From Bdellovibrionales bacterium (GTDB lineage: Bacteria; Bdellovibrionota; Bdellovibrionia; Bdellovibrionales; JAGQZY01), in NCBI GenBank assembly GCA_041736155.1, contig JBGSUL010000032.1, positions 166,479 through 230,478 on the forward strand: a DNA stretch of 64,000 nucleotides, written 5' to 3'. Positions 40,422 through 50,285 of the stretch are shown in pieces. Made by a program: the position numbers and the translations under genes. Under the pieces are notes generated by a model that saw nothing but the letters and a program-made list of their open reading frames with translations, searched no databases and had not been told where the DNA came from. Positions within the stretch are counted from its first letter, which is position 1; every line of letters begins with the position of its first letter.

Positions 40422-40987
40422 AAACATGGATTGTGAAGATTTGTATCTTGGGCCTTGTGTCTCTCATGAATTCCAAACCGAGCCATGCTGAGCCTATTCA
40501 AGTGCATAAGACACAAATGCAAGAGATCGCTAAAAAAATTATCGAATACCAAATTCGTTTAGAAGAACTCAAAGAAAAAAAAGAAAGCACGCCCGAAGGA
40601 CCACAGCTCGAAGAAGTGCTCAGTGAAATCGCGGATATGCATAGAGAGCTCGTCGTAGTTAAAAAGCGTAGAGAAACTTTGCGCGAACACTTGCGTCATG
40701 TTCACTCTAAAGAAGAAGTGGTTTCGGACTTAAGTTTTTTTAAACAAACAGAAAAGCGCAAAGATGAAAAACCCGACGAAGAAGTAGACCGAAAATTAGA
40801 TCAGCTACTTAAACTCGTGCAAACTCAGTACGCGCGAACCCTGAGTGAGGATTTTAAAGTTTCGCAAGAATTGCAGACCGAACAAGATGTGCGTCGTAAG
40901 CTCAAAGAGCAACGTGTGAAAGTACACAAGGCAGATAAAAAACGCTACATCCGCGAAGGAATCGATACCACCATTAAGGCAGAGTAA
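40418..40987 (+). CDS. Secreted coiled-coil hypothetical protein
   Basis: ATG 40418 overlaps the upstream stop (ATGA). Signal peptide MKTWIVKICILGLVSLMNSKPSHA, then a K/E-rich helical sequence. Confidence 0.65.
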   Translation: MKTWIVKICILGLVSLMNSKPSHAEPIQVHKTQMQEIAKKIIEYQIRLEELKEKKESTPEGPQLEEVLSEIADMHRELVVVKKRRETLREHLRHVHSKEEVVSDLSFFKQTEKRKDEKPDEEVDRKLDQLLKLVQTQYARTLSEDFKVSQELQTEQDVRRKLKEQRVKVHKADKKRYIREGIDTTIKAE

Positions 40988-41016
40988 TCTGGCCAAAAAA
41001 TGAGTCCGCAAGGTTT

Positions 41017-41598
41017 TCAGGCTGTTAAATTTTTTATAAAGCCTGTGCGCATATCATAAACCCAACCATGGATTCTTACATCAGGTTCTTCTTTATTAAG
41101 TTCCTGGTAGATAGGACTGTCTTTGAGGTGCTGCACTTGCGCGAGCACATTGAGTTCCACGAGGCGATCGGTTCGCATTTCGGACGAGAGACTTTGTAAT
41201 TCTTGTTTATGCTCAACGCAGACATTTTTGATATTTTTGAGCCAATCATCGATGATTCCAAAAGACTGATCACCCATGGCTGAGACCACACCACCGCAAC
41301 CATAGTGACCACAAACAATCACATCTTTCACTTTGAGATAACGGATGGCATAGGTCACCACAGACATCAGGTTGAGATCCTCAGCATGAACGAGGTTGGC
41401 GATGTTTCTGTGAACAAAAAGATCTCCCACGGACGTGCCGGTGATTTCGTTGGGAAGAATGCGTGAGTCGGAGCAACCAATCCACAAGTAGCGGGGGTTT
41501 TGTGTTTTTGAATTGTTAGCAAAGAAACGAGGATCACTTTGAAGTTTTTCGATGACCCACGCTTTATTTTCTAAAAACATCGTTTTGATATTGGGCAT
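41017..41598 (-). CDS. can: Beta-class carbonic anhydrase
   Basis: 193 aa with zinc ligand motifs WIGCSDSR and VCGHYGCGGV. Confidence 0.88.
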   Translation of the reverse strand: MPNIKTMFLENKAWVIEKLQSDPRFFANNSKTQNPRYLWIGCSDSRILPNEITGTSVGDLFVHRNIANLVHAEDLNLMSVVTYAIRYLKVKDVIVCGHYGCGGVVSAMGDQSFGIIDDWLKNIKNVCVEHKQELQSLSSEMRTDRLVELNVLAQVQHLKDSPIYQELNKEEPDVRIHGWVYDMRTGFIKNLTA

Positions 41599-41600
41599 AA

Positions 41601-43142
41601 TTATTCCTTAAAGTACGGGGAGAGAGCGAGGCTTGATTTGCGTAATTCGATGGTGATGTTTTTTTGTGGCGCAGATTCGACAAAATCTTCCACCATGTCG
41701 ATAATGTCATGATCAATAAACACCGAGCGTGAGCCATCGATCAACACGAGAGAGTTTTGGGGGATGGTGGCTAACAATTTTTTAAGAAGGGGTTTGTTGA
41801 GAAATGAAGTGTCTTTATTAAAGCGCAAAAGATAATGATTTTTGTCGCTGACCAAAACCAAAGACGCGTGAAGATTTGCTTTAAAAACAAAATATAATCC
41901 CACGGCGAAGCCGATCAAGACACCAATGAGGAGATCGGTGAGAAGAATGGCCACGATGGTCACGAGGAAAGGAATAAATTGAGAGCGTCCTAGCTTAAGG
42001 AAAGATTTATAAAGTTTTGGTGTGGTGAGTTTAAATCCAACCACAATCAAAACCATGGCGAGAACCGCGAGCGGAATTTTGTTGAGATAGGTCGGGATCA
42101 GCAATGCAAAAAGTAACAACCACACGGCATGGAAAATTCCCGAGAGACGTGAGGTGGCACCCGCCGAAAGATTGGCGCTGGTGCGCACGATCACCGCTGT
42201 GACTGGGAGCCCGCCGAGCAAACCGCTAAAAAAGTTACCGATACCTTGCGCGAAGAGTTCTTGCGAGGCATTTACACCGCGTTTGAGGGGATCCATTTTT
42301 TCACTGGCGTCCAAACTCAGAATGGTTTCCAGAGATCCCACCAAACATAGAGTCAGGGCGAGAGTCAGCGCAGGCGCGGAAAAAATTGCCGAAAAGGCTG
42401 AGGGTGGAGTGAGTTGAAACAGTGAGGCCTCTGGCATTTGCACTAAGTGTTCGGGACTGAGCTGCAGACCCCATAGCGGGAGAAGAAATTCATTCATCAT
42501 CACGCCAGCAAGCACAGCCACAAGCGCGGAGGGGACAGTCCTCAGTGGAGTGTTCGCGAGAACGCGATCCCATGAAAGTAACAGTGCCAATGAAATAAGG
42601 GAAATAAGAATAGCGCCGGTGGTGGTAGAAGAGATAGCGTGCTGAAGGGCACTAAATGTATTGTCCCCATCCGTTTGCATGAAAGATTCGTCACCAAAAA
42701 AGTCAGCGTCAAAACCGATGGCATGAGGAATCTGTTTTAAAATAATAAGAATACCAATTGCGGCCAACATTCCTTTGATGACAGATGCGGGGATCAAACT
42801 GCCCAAGATACCAAAACGCAACGCCGCCAGGCCCAACTGCATCAAACCCGCAATGGCGGTGATGGCGCAAAATGTTTCAAAAGAACCAATGCTCTGAATA
42901 CCACCGAGAACAACGACGGTGAGACCAGCGGCAGGGCCCGATACAGAAATTTCTGAAGGGCTGAGAAAGCCCACAATCAAACCGCCAATAATTCCAGCGA
43001 TCAAACCACTGGACGCCGGAGCGCCAGAGGCCAAGGCGATTCCTAAACAGAGAGGAAGTGCGACGAGAAAAACCACAAACGAAGCCTGCAAATCTTTGGT
43101 GGAAAAACGTAAGTTTTTTATTTGTGCAGCAATAGCATTCAT
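41601..43142 (-). CDS. SulP-family anion transporter with STAS domain (bicarbonate/sulfate type)
   Basis: 513 aa, polytopic, with a C-terminal STAS-like segment (VLIDGSRSVFIDHDIIDMVEDF). A 2-nt gap separates it from the carbonic anhydrase gene. Confidence 0.85.
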   Translation of the reverse strand: MNAIAAQIKNLRFSTKDLQASFVVFLVALPLCLGIALASGAPASSGLIAGIIGGLIVGFLSPSEISVSGPAAGLTVVVLGGIQSIGSFETFCAITAIAGLMQLGLAALRFGILGSLIPASVIKGMLAAIGILIILKQIPHAIGFDADFFGDESFMQTDGDNTFSALQHAISSTTTGAILISLISLALLLSWDRVLANTPLRTVPSALVAVLAGVMMNEFLLPLWGLQLSPEHLVQMPEASLFQLTPPSAFSAIFSAPALTLALTLCLVGSLETILSLDASEKMDPLKRGVNASQELFAQGIGNFFSGLLGGLPVTAVIVRTSANLSAGATSRLSGIFHAVWLLLFALLIPTYLNKIPLAVLAMVLIVVGFKLTTPKLYKSFLKLGRSQFIPFLVTIVAILLTDLLIGVLIGFAVGLYFVFKANLHASLVLVSDKNHYLLRFNKDTSFLNKPLLKKLLATIPQNSLVLIDGSRSVFIDHDIIDMVEDFVESAPQKNITIELRKSSLALSPYFKE

Positions 43143-43149
43143 GGGGCCT

Positions 43150-43482
43150 CTATTTTATAGGTTCAAATTCAATAGGTTTTTTAAGTGGAGGAGATTTCTC
43201 GGTTCTCGTTTTGTTTAAATCGACATAAACGACCTGATCCTTTTGGAACCAGACCTCTTTTTCTTGCGGAAGTGCTGGAGCTGGGGATTTCAGGAGATAG
43301 ACCCAGCGTTGAGTGTCGTCTTTAAAGTAGGTGCGCTGAGGATTGCCGATTTTGTAAAGAACAGCCCCCTTGCTATCACCGATCTGCACGGTGTGGAATT
43401 GACTGTCGGGGCGCGAGGTCGTGCAGCTAAGCAAAATCAATGGCAGAGTGAATAAAAAAATCAGTCCCCAAAAAATTTTCAT
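43150..43482 (-). CDS. Small lipoprotein, BamE/SmpA-OmlA-like
   Basis: Internal ATG 43482 gives lipobox LPLILLSCTT. VQIGDSKGAVLYKIGNPQ resembles the SmpA/OmlA motif. 110 aa. Confidence 0.5.
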   Translation of the reverse strand: MKIFWGLIFLFTLPLILLSCTTSRPDSQFHTVQIGDSKGAVLYKIGNPQRTYFKDDTQRWVYLLKSPAPALPQEKEVWFQKDQVVYVDLNKTRTEKSPPLKKPIEFEPIK

Positions 43483-43581
43483 GCAAGGATTATGGTATAA
43501 AACGCCTCTGAAATCCACTTGATTTCTCCGCTTGATTTCAAAACGCGATGGGGAGTATAAAGAACCATCCAAGGAGACAGC

Positions 43582-43782
43582 ATGTCTGAGTACCAAATGG
43601 GCGATTATAATCGCGGCGGATACATCGCTTTTATGTTCTGTATGGCGTTTACGATGGTGTTTTTTATTTACATTGCGTTTATCCACCCCGGTGTGGATCT
43701 TCATGAAATAAAAGTTCCAGATACTCAAAAGGAAGCCCCCGTTGCGCCAGCTGCTGCAGAAACTGCAAGCCCTGCTCACTAA
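43582..43782 (+). CDS. Small single-TM protein at the head of the cytochrome oxidase cluster
   Basis: 66 aa. AAGGAGA sits 5 nt upstream of the ATG. TM segment YIAFMFCMAFTMVFFIYIAFI. It overlaps the SCO1-like start by 41 nt. Confidence 0.45.
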   Translation: MSEYQMGDYNRGGYIAFMFCMAFTMVFFIYIAFIHPGVDLHEIKVPDTQKEAPVAPAAAETASPAH

Positions 43783-44608
43783 ACAGGGATATATTTTTTT
43801 AGGGGCGATTGTGCTTTTTTTAAGCAGCCCCTCTCTCAAAGCCTATGATCCAGCCGAATCTGAATCATTGAACAATGATTTACCCAGACAGATAAAAGAT
43901 GTAGGGATTACCGAGCAACTCGGTAAAAATCTGCGTGCGTTATCGGTGCCCTTTGAAGATGAAACGGGAGAAAAGCGCGAATTGCGCGGCTGGCTTGCGA
44001 CGCAACGTCCAACAATCTTGAGTCTCGTCTATTTTAATTGCCCCAGTCTGTGCAATTTACATTTGAATGCGGTTCTTGACACACTGGCTCAGCTGTCTTT
44101 AGTGGCAGGCAAAGACTACGATTTGTTGGCGGTGAGTTTTGATGCGCGGGAAAATTCAGACTTGGCGGCGGCCAAAAAATACAATTATCAACAGAAGTAC
44201 AACTTTCCAGAAAACGGTAAAGGAATTCACTTTCTTACCGGCGATGAAAACTCAGTGAAAACCCTTGCTGATGCCATCGGTTTTAAATATAAATGGGATG
44301 ATAAAGCAAAAGAGTGGGCGCATGCATCGGCGGCTGTGCTGTTAACTCCTGAGGGAAAAATTTCGCGCTATTTGCATGGTGTGTATTTTGAGCCCAAAAC
44401 GTTTCGGCTCTCGATTGTCGAAGCTTCCCAGGGATTTGTTGGCAACATTGTCGACTCAGTCATGCTGTTCTGTTACAGATACGACGCCAAAGGCAGTACT
44501 TACGCTTTTTACGCATTCAATTTAATGCGGATTGCAGGTGCTGTCGCAGTGGTGGTCCTGTTTTTTTGGCTGTTTCTATTTTGGAAACCACGTTTGAAAG
44601 AGGAGTAA
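43742..44608 (+). CDS. SCO1/SenC copper chaperone
   Basis: 288 aa with thioredoxin-fold CxxxC motif LVYFNCPSLCNLHLN and a C-terminal TM. TTG start; no in-frame ATG is available. Confidence 0.8.
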   Translation: MRQLLQKLQALLTKQGYIFLGAIVLFLSSPSLKAYDPAESESLNNDLPRQIKDVGITEQLGKNLRALSVPFEDETGEKRELRGWLATQRPTILSLVYFNCPSLCNLHLNAVLDTLAQLSLVAGKDYDLLAVSFDARENSDLAAAKKYNYQQKYNFPENGKGIHFLTGDENSVKTLADAIGFKYKWDDKAKEWAHASAAVLLTPEGKISRYLHGVYFEPKTFRLSIVEASQGFVGNIVDSVMLFCYRYDAKGSTYAFYAFNLMRIAGAVAVVVLFFWLFLFWKPRLKEE

Positions 44609-44613
44609 GCAAC

Positions 44614-45636
44614 ATGTTCTGGTTCGTCCCAATGGCAAAGGCAAACAATACCTTCATGCCCCCCGCAGCTTCGGAAGTGGCTCAACAAGTCAGTTCTCTT
44701 TATGCTTTTATGCTCATTACGAGTGCGATCTCGTTTGTCATCCTCATCGGTGGCATGTTGTATTTTGTTTATAAATACAAACGTAAAACGGCCAACGACA
44801 AGACTCCTTACATTTCTCACAATCACACGTTGGAGTTTATTTGGAGTTTTATTCCTTTTGTTGTGTTCATGGTGTGTTTTGCTTGGGGTGCATACATTTA
44901 TATGGAGATGCGCGACTTCAAAGAGAATGCTTTGGAGATCAACGTTTACGGGAAAAAATGGGTTTGGGAATTTGAATACAAAGATGGACGTCGGATTACA
45001 CCGACTGTCGACGAAGCGGGACAGGCGGTTCCTTCCACTATGGTTGTGCCGATCAATAAGCCGGTAAAACTCATTATGACTTCCGCAAAAATCACTCCCG
45101 AAGACAAAGCGGTTCTTCACAGTTTTTATGTTCCTGCATTGCGCGTGAAACAAGATGTGATACCGGGACGTTTTTCCGCTCTCGGTTTTACCGCCAATAA
45201 GTTGGGGAACTTCCAAGTTTTCTGTGCGGAATTTTGCGGTACAGGTCACTCGATGATGATGGCAAAAATCAAAGTTGTTACGCAGGAAGAATTTGATAAA
45301 TGGGTTCTTGGTGACGAGAGTGGCGGTGGCGGCAAAGAGTTAACTCTGGCCGACAAAGGACGCCAAGCCTACGCCAAGTGGGCATGTATCGGTTGTCACA
45401 CGCTCGATGGCAAACCGAGCACCGGACCGACCTGGAAAGGTCTTTACGGTTCAACACGAACATTTAACGATGGGACAACGGCAGTGGCGAATGAAGATTA
45501 TATTCGCGAATCTGTGTGGGACCCTAACAAACATATCGCCAAAGGTTTTGAGCCCAATAAGATGCCAGCTTTTAAGGGTATGGTTTCGGAAGAAGAGTTG
45601 GCGGCGTTGATCGAATTTATCAAGACGGTGAAATAG
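44614..45636 (+). CDS. coxB: Cytochrome c oxidase subunit II with fused C-terminal cytochrome c domain (caa3-type)
   Basis: ATG 44614 follows GAGGAG. CuA site [12 protein letters not shown] and heme c motif CIGCHTLDG. Confidence 0.92.
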   Translation: MFWFVPMAKANNTFMPPAASEVAQQVSSLYAFMLITSAISFVILIGGMLYFVYKYKRKTANDKTPYISHNHTLEFIWSFIPFVVFMVCFAWGAYIYMEMRDFKENALEINVYGKKWVWEFEYKDGRRITPTVDEAGQAVPSTMVVPINKPVKLIMTSAKITPEDKAVLHSFYVPALRVKQDVIPGRFSALGFTANKLGNFQVFCAEFCGTGHSMMMAKIKVVTQEEFDKWVLGDESGGGGKELTLADKGRQAYAKWACIGCHTLDGKPSTGPTWKGLYGSTRTFNDGTTAVANEDYIRESVWDPNKHIAKGFEPNKMPAFKGMVSEEELAALIEFIKTVK

Positions 45637-45644
45637 GAGATAAT

Positions 45645-47243
45645 ATGGCTGGAACAGGTGAAAGTTACTTACAAGGCGAACGAGGAATATGGTCATGGCT
45701 CACATCTCTTGATCACAAGAGGATCGGTCTTCTCTATTTCTTTTCGGTTTCTTTTTTCTTTTTGTTAGGTGGAATCTTTGCGTTGTTGGTTCGTCTCGAG
45801 CTCTTCAGCTCAGGGGGGTTATTCCCCGCGGATCTTTACAATAAATTGATGACGTATCACGGAGCCATGATGGTGTTCTTTGTGATCATTCCGGGAATTC
45901 CCGCGATTTTGGGGAATTTCTTTTTACCACTGCAGATTGGCGCCAAAGATGTGGCCTTTCCACGTGTCAACCTGATGAGCTGGTACTGCCTGATGGGCGG
46001 ATTTATTTTGGCTGCATCGACGCTACTTCTCGGACGTGGCGATGGTTGGATTGGTGGTGTTGATACCGGTTGGACGTTTTATACTCCCTACAGTATCAGC
46101 TTTAAACCGGCAGTGATTCTTATGGCCTTTGCGGTCTTCGTGGCCGGATTTTCTTCGATTCTGACGGGAGTTAATTTCGTGGCGACAGTGCACAGACTGC
46201 GCGCTCCGGGAATGACCATGCATCGTATACCACTCTTTGTGTGGGCAATTTACTCCACTGCAATTCTGCAAGTTTTGGCCACGCCAGTATTGGGGATCAC
46301 GGTTCTTCTCCTCGCGATGGAAAATATTTTTAATATCGGAATATTTGATCCAGATCTCGGTGGCGATCCAGTTCTTTTCCAACACTTTTTCTGGTTCTAT
46401 TCCCATCCGGCAGTTTACATCATGGTGTTGCCAGCCATGGGTGTGATCAGTGAAGTGATTACGACCTTCTCACGCAAGACGATCTTTGGTTACACGGCGA
46501 TTGCCTATTCATCAGTGGCGATTGCGGCAATCAGCTTTCTTGTGTGGGGACATCATATGTTTACCAGCGGTCAGTCTGAAATTGCCGGGATCACTTTCTC
46601 GGTGATTACGATGCTCGTGGGTGTGCCGACAGCGATCAAGTTATTTAACTGGTTGGCGACGCTTTATGGAGGCTCGATTCAGTTTGTGAGCCCGATGCTC
46701 TATACTTTAGGGTTTATGTTTATTTTTACCATCGGTGGAATCACGGGAATTTATCTGGCGACTCTCGCCACAGATATTCACTTCCACGATACTTATTTTG
46801 TTGTGGCGCATTTCCATTATGTGATGGTGGGCGGAACATTGATGGCGATCATGGCGGGACTTTATTATTGGATGCCGAAAATGATTGGCAAGATGTACAA
46901 TGAGTCCTTGGCGCGTCTGTCTTTTGTCTTTATTTTTATCGGCTTTAATGTGACGTTCTTCCCGCAATTTATTCTTGGCAACATGGGGATGCCTCGTCGT
47001 TACCACGATTATCTTCCAGCTTACGAGTCGCTCAATAGAATTTCGACGATTGGCTCGTGGTTGATTGCCTTTGGCTTTGTCATTGCTCTCTACTCGATCA
47101 TCGATGCCGTGATCAATGGCTCGAAAGCTCCCATGAATCCGTGGGGCGCAAAAACCTTGGAGTGGACAACACAGTCGCCTCCTCCGCATGAGAACTTTGA
47201 AAAAACACCAACAGTAACGGCAGGTCCATATGAGTACAGATAA
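45645..47243 (+). CDS. coxA: Cytochrome c oxidase subunit I
   Basis: 532 aa with the heme-copper oxidase signature [23 protein letters not shown] and HFHYVM. Confidence 0.95.
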   Translation: MAGTGESYLQGERGIWSWLTSLDHKRIGLLYFFSVSFFFLLGGIFALLVRLELFSSGGLFPADLYNKLMTYHGAMMVFFVIIPGIPAILGNFFLPLQIGAKDVAFPRVNLMSWYCLMGGFILAASTLLLGRGDGWIGGVDTGWTFYTPYSISFKPAVILMAFAVFVAGFSSILTGVNFVATVHRLRAPGMTMHRIPLFVWAIYSTAILQVLATPVLGITVLLLAMENIFNIGIFDPDLGGDPVLFQHFFWFYSHPAVYIMVLPAMGVISEVITTFSRKTIFGYTAIAYSSVAIAAISFLVWGHHMFTSGQSEIAGITFSVITMLVGVPTAIKLFNWLATLYGGSIQFVSPMLYTLGFMFIFTIGGITGIYLATLATDIHFHDTYFVVAHFHYVMVGGTLMAIMAGLYYWMPKMIGKMYNESLARLSFVFIFIGFNVTFFPQFILGNMGMPRRYHDYLPAYESLNRISTIGSWLIAFGFVIALYSIIDAVINGSKAPMNPWGAKTLEWTTQSPPPHENFEKTPTVTAGPYEYR

Positions 47244-47880
47244 GTCTCCAGGGCATCACACCGCCCATCATTATAATAGTGCAGAACACGAATACTCGAC
47301 GAGCAAAGAGGGCGTATGGCTCTTTTTAACTTCAGAGATTCTGATGTTCGGCGGACTTTTTGTGGGATACATCATCTATAGCAACATCTATCCACAAGTT
47401 TTCCACGAAGGTGCGAAACATTTGGATTGGCGTTTGGGAGCTCTTAACACCATCGTTCTTCTGACGAGCTCATTGACTATGGTTTTGGGAATTTACTACT
47501 GCCAACACAATGATCGCAAAAAAGCGGTGCTCAACTTAGCTATCACGATCTTGTGCGGAGCCACGTTTATGGTGGTGAAGTATTTTGAATATTCCCACAA
47601 AATCCACGAAGGTCTTTTACCGGGAATGTGGTACCACGGTCCGGTGCCCGAAGGTGTGAGTAACATCGGTCTCTACTATTCCTTTTATTTTATGATGACG
47701 GGTCTGCACGGGATTCACGTCTTGGGTGGAATGGGCCTGATCCTTTGGGTTTTGCTCAGAGCTCAAAAAGGCGAATTTAACTCGTCGTATTACACGCCGG
47801 TTGAAGGTGTTGGTTTGTTCTGGCACTTGGTAGACTTAGTTTGGATCTTTTTATTCCCATTACTGTATTTGGTCGGGTAG
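47230..47880 (+). CDS. coxC: Cytochrome c oxidase subunit III
   Basis: 216 aa, polytopic, with [17 protein letters not shown] typical of subunit III. It overlaps coxA by 14 nt. Confidence 0.88.
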   Translation: MSTDKSPGHHTAHHYNSAEHEYSTSKEGVWLFLTSEILMFGGLFVGYIIYSNIYPQVFHEGAKHLDWRLGALNTIVLLTSSLTMVLGIYYCQHNDRKKAVLNLAITILCGATFMVVKYFEYSHKIHEGLLPGMWYHGPVPEGVSNIGLYYSFYFMMTGLHGIHVLGGMGLILWVLLRAQKGEFNSSYYTPVEGVGLFWHLVDLVWIFLFPLLYLVG

Positions 47881-47889
47881 GAGAGAATT

Positions 47890-48231
47890 ATGGCACATCA
47901 CCAACAAAACCATGTTGAAAATCACGCCGAACATCATGAAATACCCTTAAGCACGCATTTAAAAGTGTTTGCTGCCTTGATCGGCTTTACAGTTCTCACA
48001 GTTGTGACAGCGAAAGGCATGCATTTTGGTGCCTTCAATTGGGTGGTGGCATTTACCATCGCTACGGCCAAGGCATTTTTGGTCCTGGCGTTTTTTATGC
48101 ACTTAAAAGGGGATCAAAGAATCTTTAAGTATATTATTGCTTCGAGTTTCTTTTTTGTATTCTTACTATTTTTCTTTTGTGTATTGGACTTGCTCACACG
48201 CATTCCGGTAACAAGTACATTGCCGCTCTAA
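47890..48231 (+). CDS. coxD: Cytochrome c oxidase subunit IV (prokaryotic CoxD-type)
   Basis: 113 aa with three TM segments and KAFLVLAFFMHLK, typical of the small oxidase subunit. Confidence 0.7.
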   Translation: MAHHQQNHVENHAEHHEIPLSTHLKVFAALIGFTVLTVVTAKGMHFGAFNWVVAFTIATAKAFLVLAFFMHLKGDQRIFKYIIASSFFFVFLLFFFCVLDLLTRIPVTSTLPL

Positions 48232-48320
48232 TTTTTTAAAGTCGGCGCAACCCCATGCATCTGATTATTGAAGGTGGGGGCTCTCCATGAATGGGTTGCG
48301 CATATTGAGGTAGTCTTTCA

Positions 48321-49193
48321 GTGAGAGCATTTTTTGATTTAACAAAATTCGGAATTGTCTGTTTTGTTCTGTTCACCGGAACAGCCTCGTATTTTCTTGG
48401 TCAGGACCCTGGTCAATCATTACAGTTGAATCATTTTTTCCTATTTGTCGCTGCACTTTATTTTTTGAGCTCGGGAAGTTTTGCTCTCAATCAATTGCAA
48501 GAAGTAGAAATCGACAAAAAAATGCCACGCACGCAACGCAGACCTCTCCCGGCGGGACATTTTTCTAAAATGACTGTAGCTATTATGTCCGCGGGTTTTC
48601 TATCACTCGGTGTAGCATTGGGCTGTTTAGTGTCGGCGTGGTTTGTAGTTTACGGCGTACTGACAGTGTTGATGTATAACGGTCTCTACACTATGTATTG
48701 GAAAAAAAAATGGGCCTTTGGAGCTGTACCGGGAGCACTTCCGGGAGCGATGCCGATTCTCCTAGGTTATGGCGCTCACGATATCGCACTTTCAAGAGAG
48801 AGTTTTTATCTTTTCGTATTGATGTTCCTGTGGCAAATGCCGCACTTCTGGGCCTTGGCATTACGTTATCGGGAAGACTACGCACTGGCAGGCATTCCCG
48901 TCCTACCTGTCGTTGTCGGCGAAAGTCGAACATTATATCACATAGGTTTATATGTTTTTGCCTACGCCGCATGGGCGGTGGCGTCGCCTTGGTTTATTTC
49001 AGTTTGGATTGGATATTTACTTATCATACTCCCATTCATCGCCAAGGTAGTAATAGAATTCTTAGCTTATTATCGCGAGCCTACGCGTGAGAGATGGCTC
49101 CCATTTTTTTTATGGACGACATTCAGTGTTCTGGTCTTTGTAATCATTCCCGTTTTCGATAAATGGGGCAGCATGATTTTCGAAAGGCTTTAG
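48321..49193 (+). CDS. ctaB: Protoheme IX farnesyltransferase (heme O synthase)
   Basis: 290 aa, UbiA family, with motif NQLQEVEIDKKMPRTQRRPLPAG. GTG start. Confidence 0.88.
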   Translation: MRAFFDLTKFGIVCFVLFTGTASYFLGQDPGQSLQLNHFFLFVAALYFLSSGSFALNQLQEVEIDKKMPRTQRRPLPAGHFSKMTVAIMSAGFLSLGVALGCLVSAWFVVYGVLTVLMYNGLYTMYWKKKWAFGAVPGALPGAMPILLGYGAHDIALSRESFYLFVLMFLWQMPHFWALALRYREDYALAGIPVLPVVVGESRTLYHIGLYVFAYAAWAVASPWFISVWIGYLLIILPFIAKVVIEFLAYYREPTRERWLPFFLWTTFSVLVFVIIPVFDKWGSMIFERL

Positions 49194-49340
49194 CATTTTG
49201 GAATTTTGCTTTTCCAATTTTCGTGAACTTAATTTTTAGGACGTCGCCGTCCTGGCTACTGCCGTCAAAACGGCGCATCCTGCGCGACGGAGGTCCTAAA
49301 AATCAACTTCACGAAAATTGGAAAAGCAAAATTCCAAAAT
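49194..49340 (+). repeat. MITE/REP-like long hairpin element, copy 2, with perfect 33-nt outer arms
   Basis: 49195-49227 ATTTTGGAATTTTGCTTTTCCAATTTTCGTGAA is the exact reverse complement of 49308-49340. The core 49217-49319 matches 39556-39659. It starts 2 nt after the ctaB stop. Confidence 0.85.
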
Positions 49341-49367
49341 TGCAGTCATGGAGTGGTAGGAGTGAGT

Positions 49368-50285
49368 ATGGTGGAGAAACATTTTAATAAGATTTTGGCG
49401 TTTTTGATTTTTTTGACGTTTGATCTCATGATCCTGGGTGCGGCCGTGCGGACGATGGATGCGGGGTTGGCTTGTCCTGATTGGCCGCTTTGTTTTGGGA
49501 AAGTGCTGCCTAAGTATGATCTGCAAGTCTATCTCGAAGTCATTCACAGGTATATGGCTTCAGTGGTGGCCATTATTTTTATGGTGATTTTTGTAGAGGC
49601 TTTTCGCAAAGTTCGTCTACGGGTGTTGCGTCCTACGTTGATCGCAGGGCTATGTTTGCTTTTGGCTCAGATTATTATGGGTGGGTTGACCGTCTTAAAG
49701 ATTTTGGAGCCTGGGATTGTGACGCTTCATTTGAGCTTGGCGACGGCGTTTTTGATTTCTTTGATGATCACACAGTATCAAGTTCAGGGGCCGAGATATA
49801 AAGCTTTGCCTCATGCGGGGTTTGAGTTTGCTTCTTTGCTCGCCTTTATTCTTATCTGTGCGCAGATTGTGCTCGGTGGATGGGTGGCTTCGAACTACGC
49901 GGGTATGGCTTGTATGGATTTTCCACTCTGTAATGGGCAATGGTTTCCGACGTGGACCGGGCCTATTGGGGCGCAGGTCATTCATCGTTTGATGGCCTAC
50001 ACTTTGGCAGTGTTTTTTATTTTCTATTTTGTGTATGGATTGTATTTGTCTTCACAGAAGAAGATTTCTGAGGCGCAAAAGAAAATTGTCTTTCAGTGCC
50101 TTCTTTTGATTTTTTCACAAATTGCCGTAGGAGTGATGAACTTACAGCTGCAAATTCCAGCGTGGATGACTGTGATGCACCTGGGTTTGGCGCTTTACTT
50201 GATGTTGACCACTTTAAAAATCAATCTGATGCAAATCATTGGGAAGAATCTTCCCGTGGTCGATCCAGTTATTGCGGTGGAGTAA
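49368..50285 (+). CDS. ctaA: Heme A synthase (COX15/CtaA family)
   Basis: ATG 49368 follows GGTAGGAGTGAG. Polytopic, with paired His motifs VIHRYMA and VIHRLMA. GTG 49353 is an alternative start. Confidence 0.85.
   Translation: MVEKHFNKILAFLIFLTFDLMILGAAVRTMDAGLACPDWPLCFGKVLPKYDLQVYLEVIHRYMASVVAIIFMVIFVEAFRKVRLRVLRPTLIAGLCLLLAQIIMGGLTVLKILEPGIVTLHLSLATAFLISLMITQYQVQGPRYKALPHAGFEFASLLAFILICAQIVLGGWVASNYAGMACMDFPLCNGQWFPTWTGPIGAQVIHRLMAYTLAVFFIFYFVYGLYLSSQKKISEAQKKIVFQCLLLIFSQIAVGVMNLQLQIPAWMTVMHLGLALYLMLTTLKINLMQIIGKNLPVVDPVIAVE

Noticed and set aside
44509-45249. 246-aa ORF antisense to coxB
   Set aside because: It lies entirely within, and opposite to, a gene with unmistakable CuA and heme c motifs. 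Its Arg/His/Asn/Lys-rich, low-complexity composition is typical of antisense frames, and it has no signal or family features.
48245-48301. Hairpin GCGCAACCCCAT...ATGGGTTGCGC between coxD and ctaB as an intrinsic terminator
   Set aside because: The stem has a bulge, the loop is ~34 nt and no T-run follows. At most it is an mRNA structural or processing element, so I did not call it a terminator.
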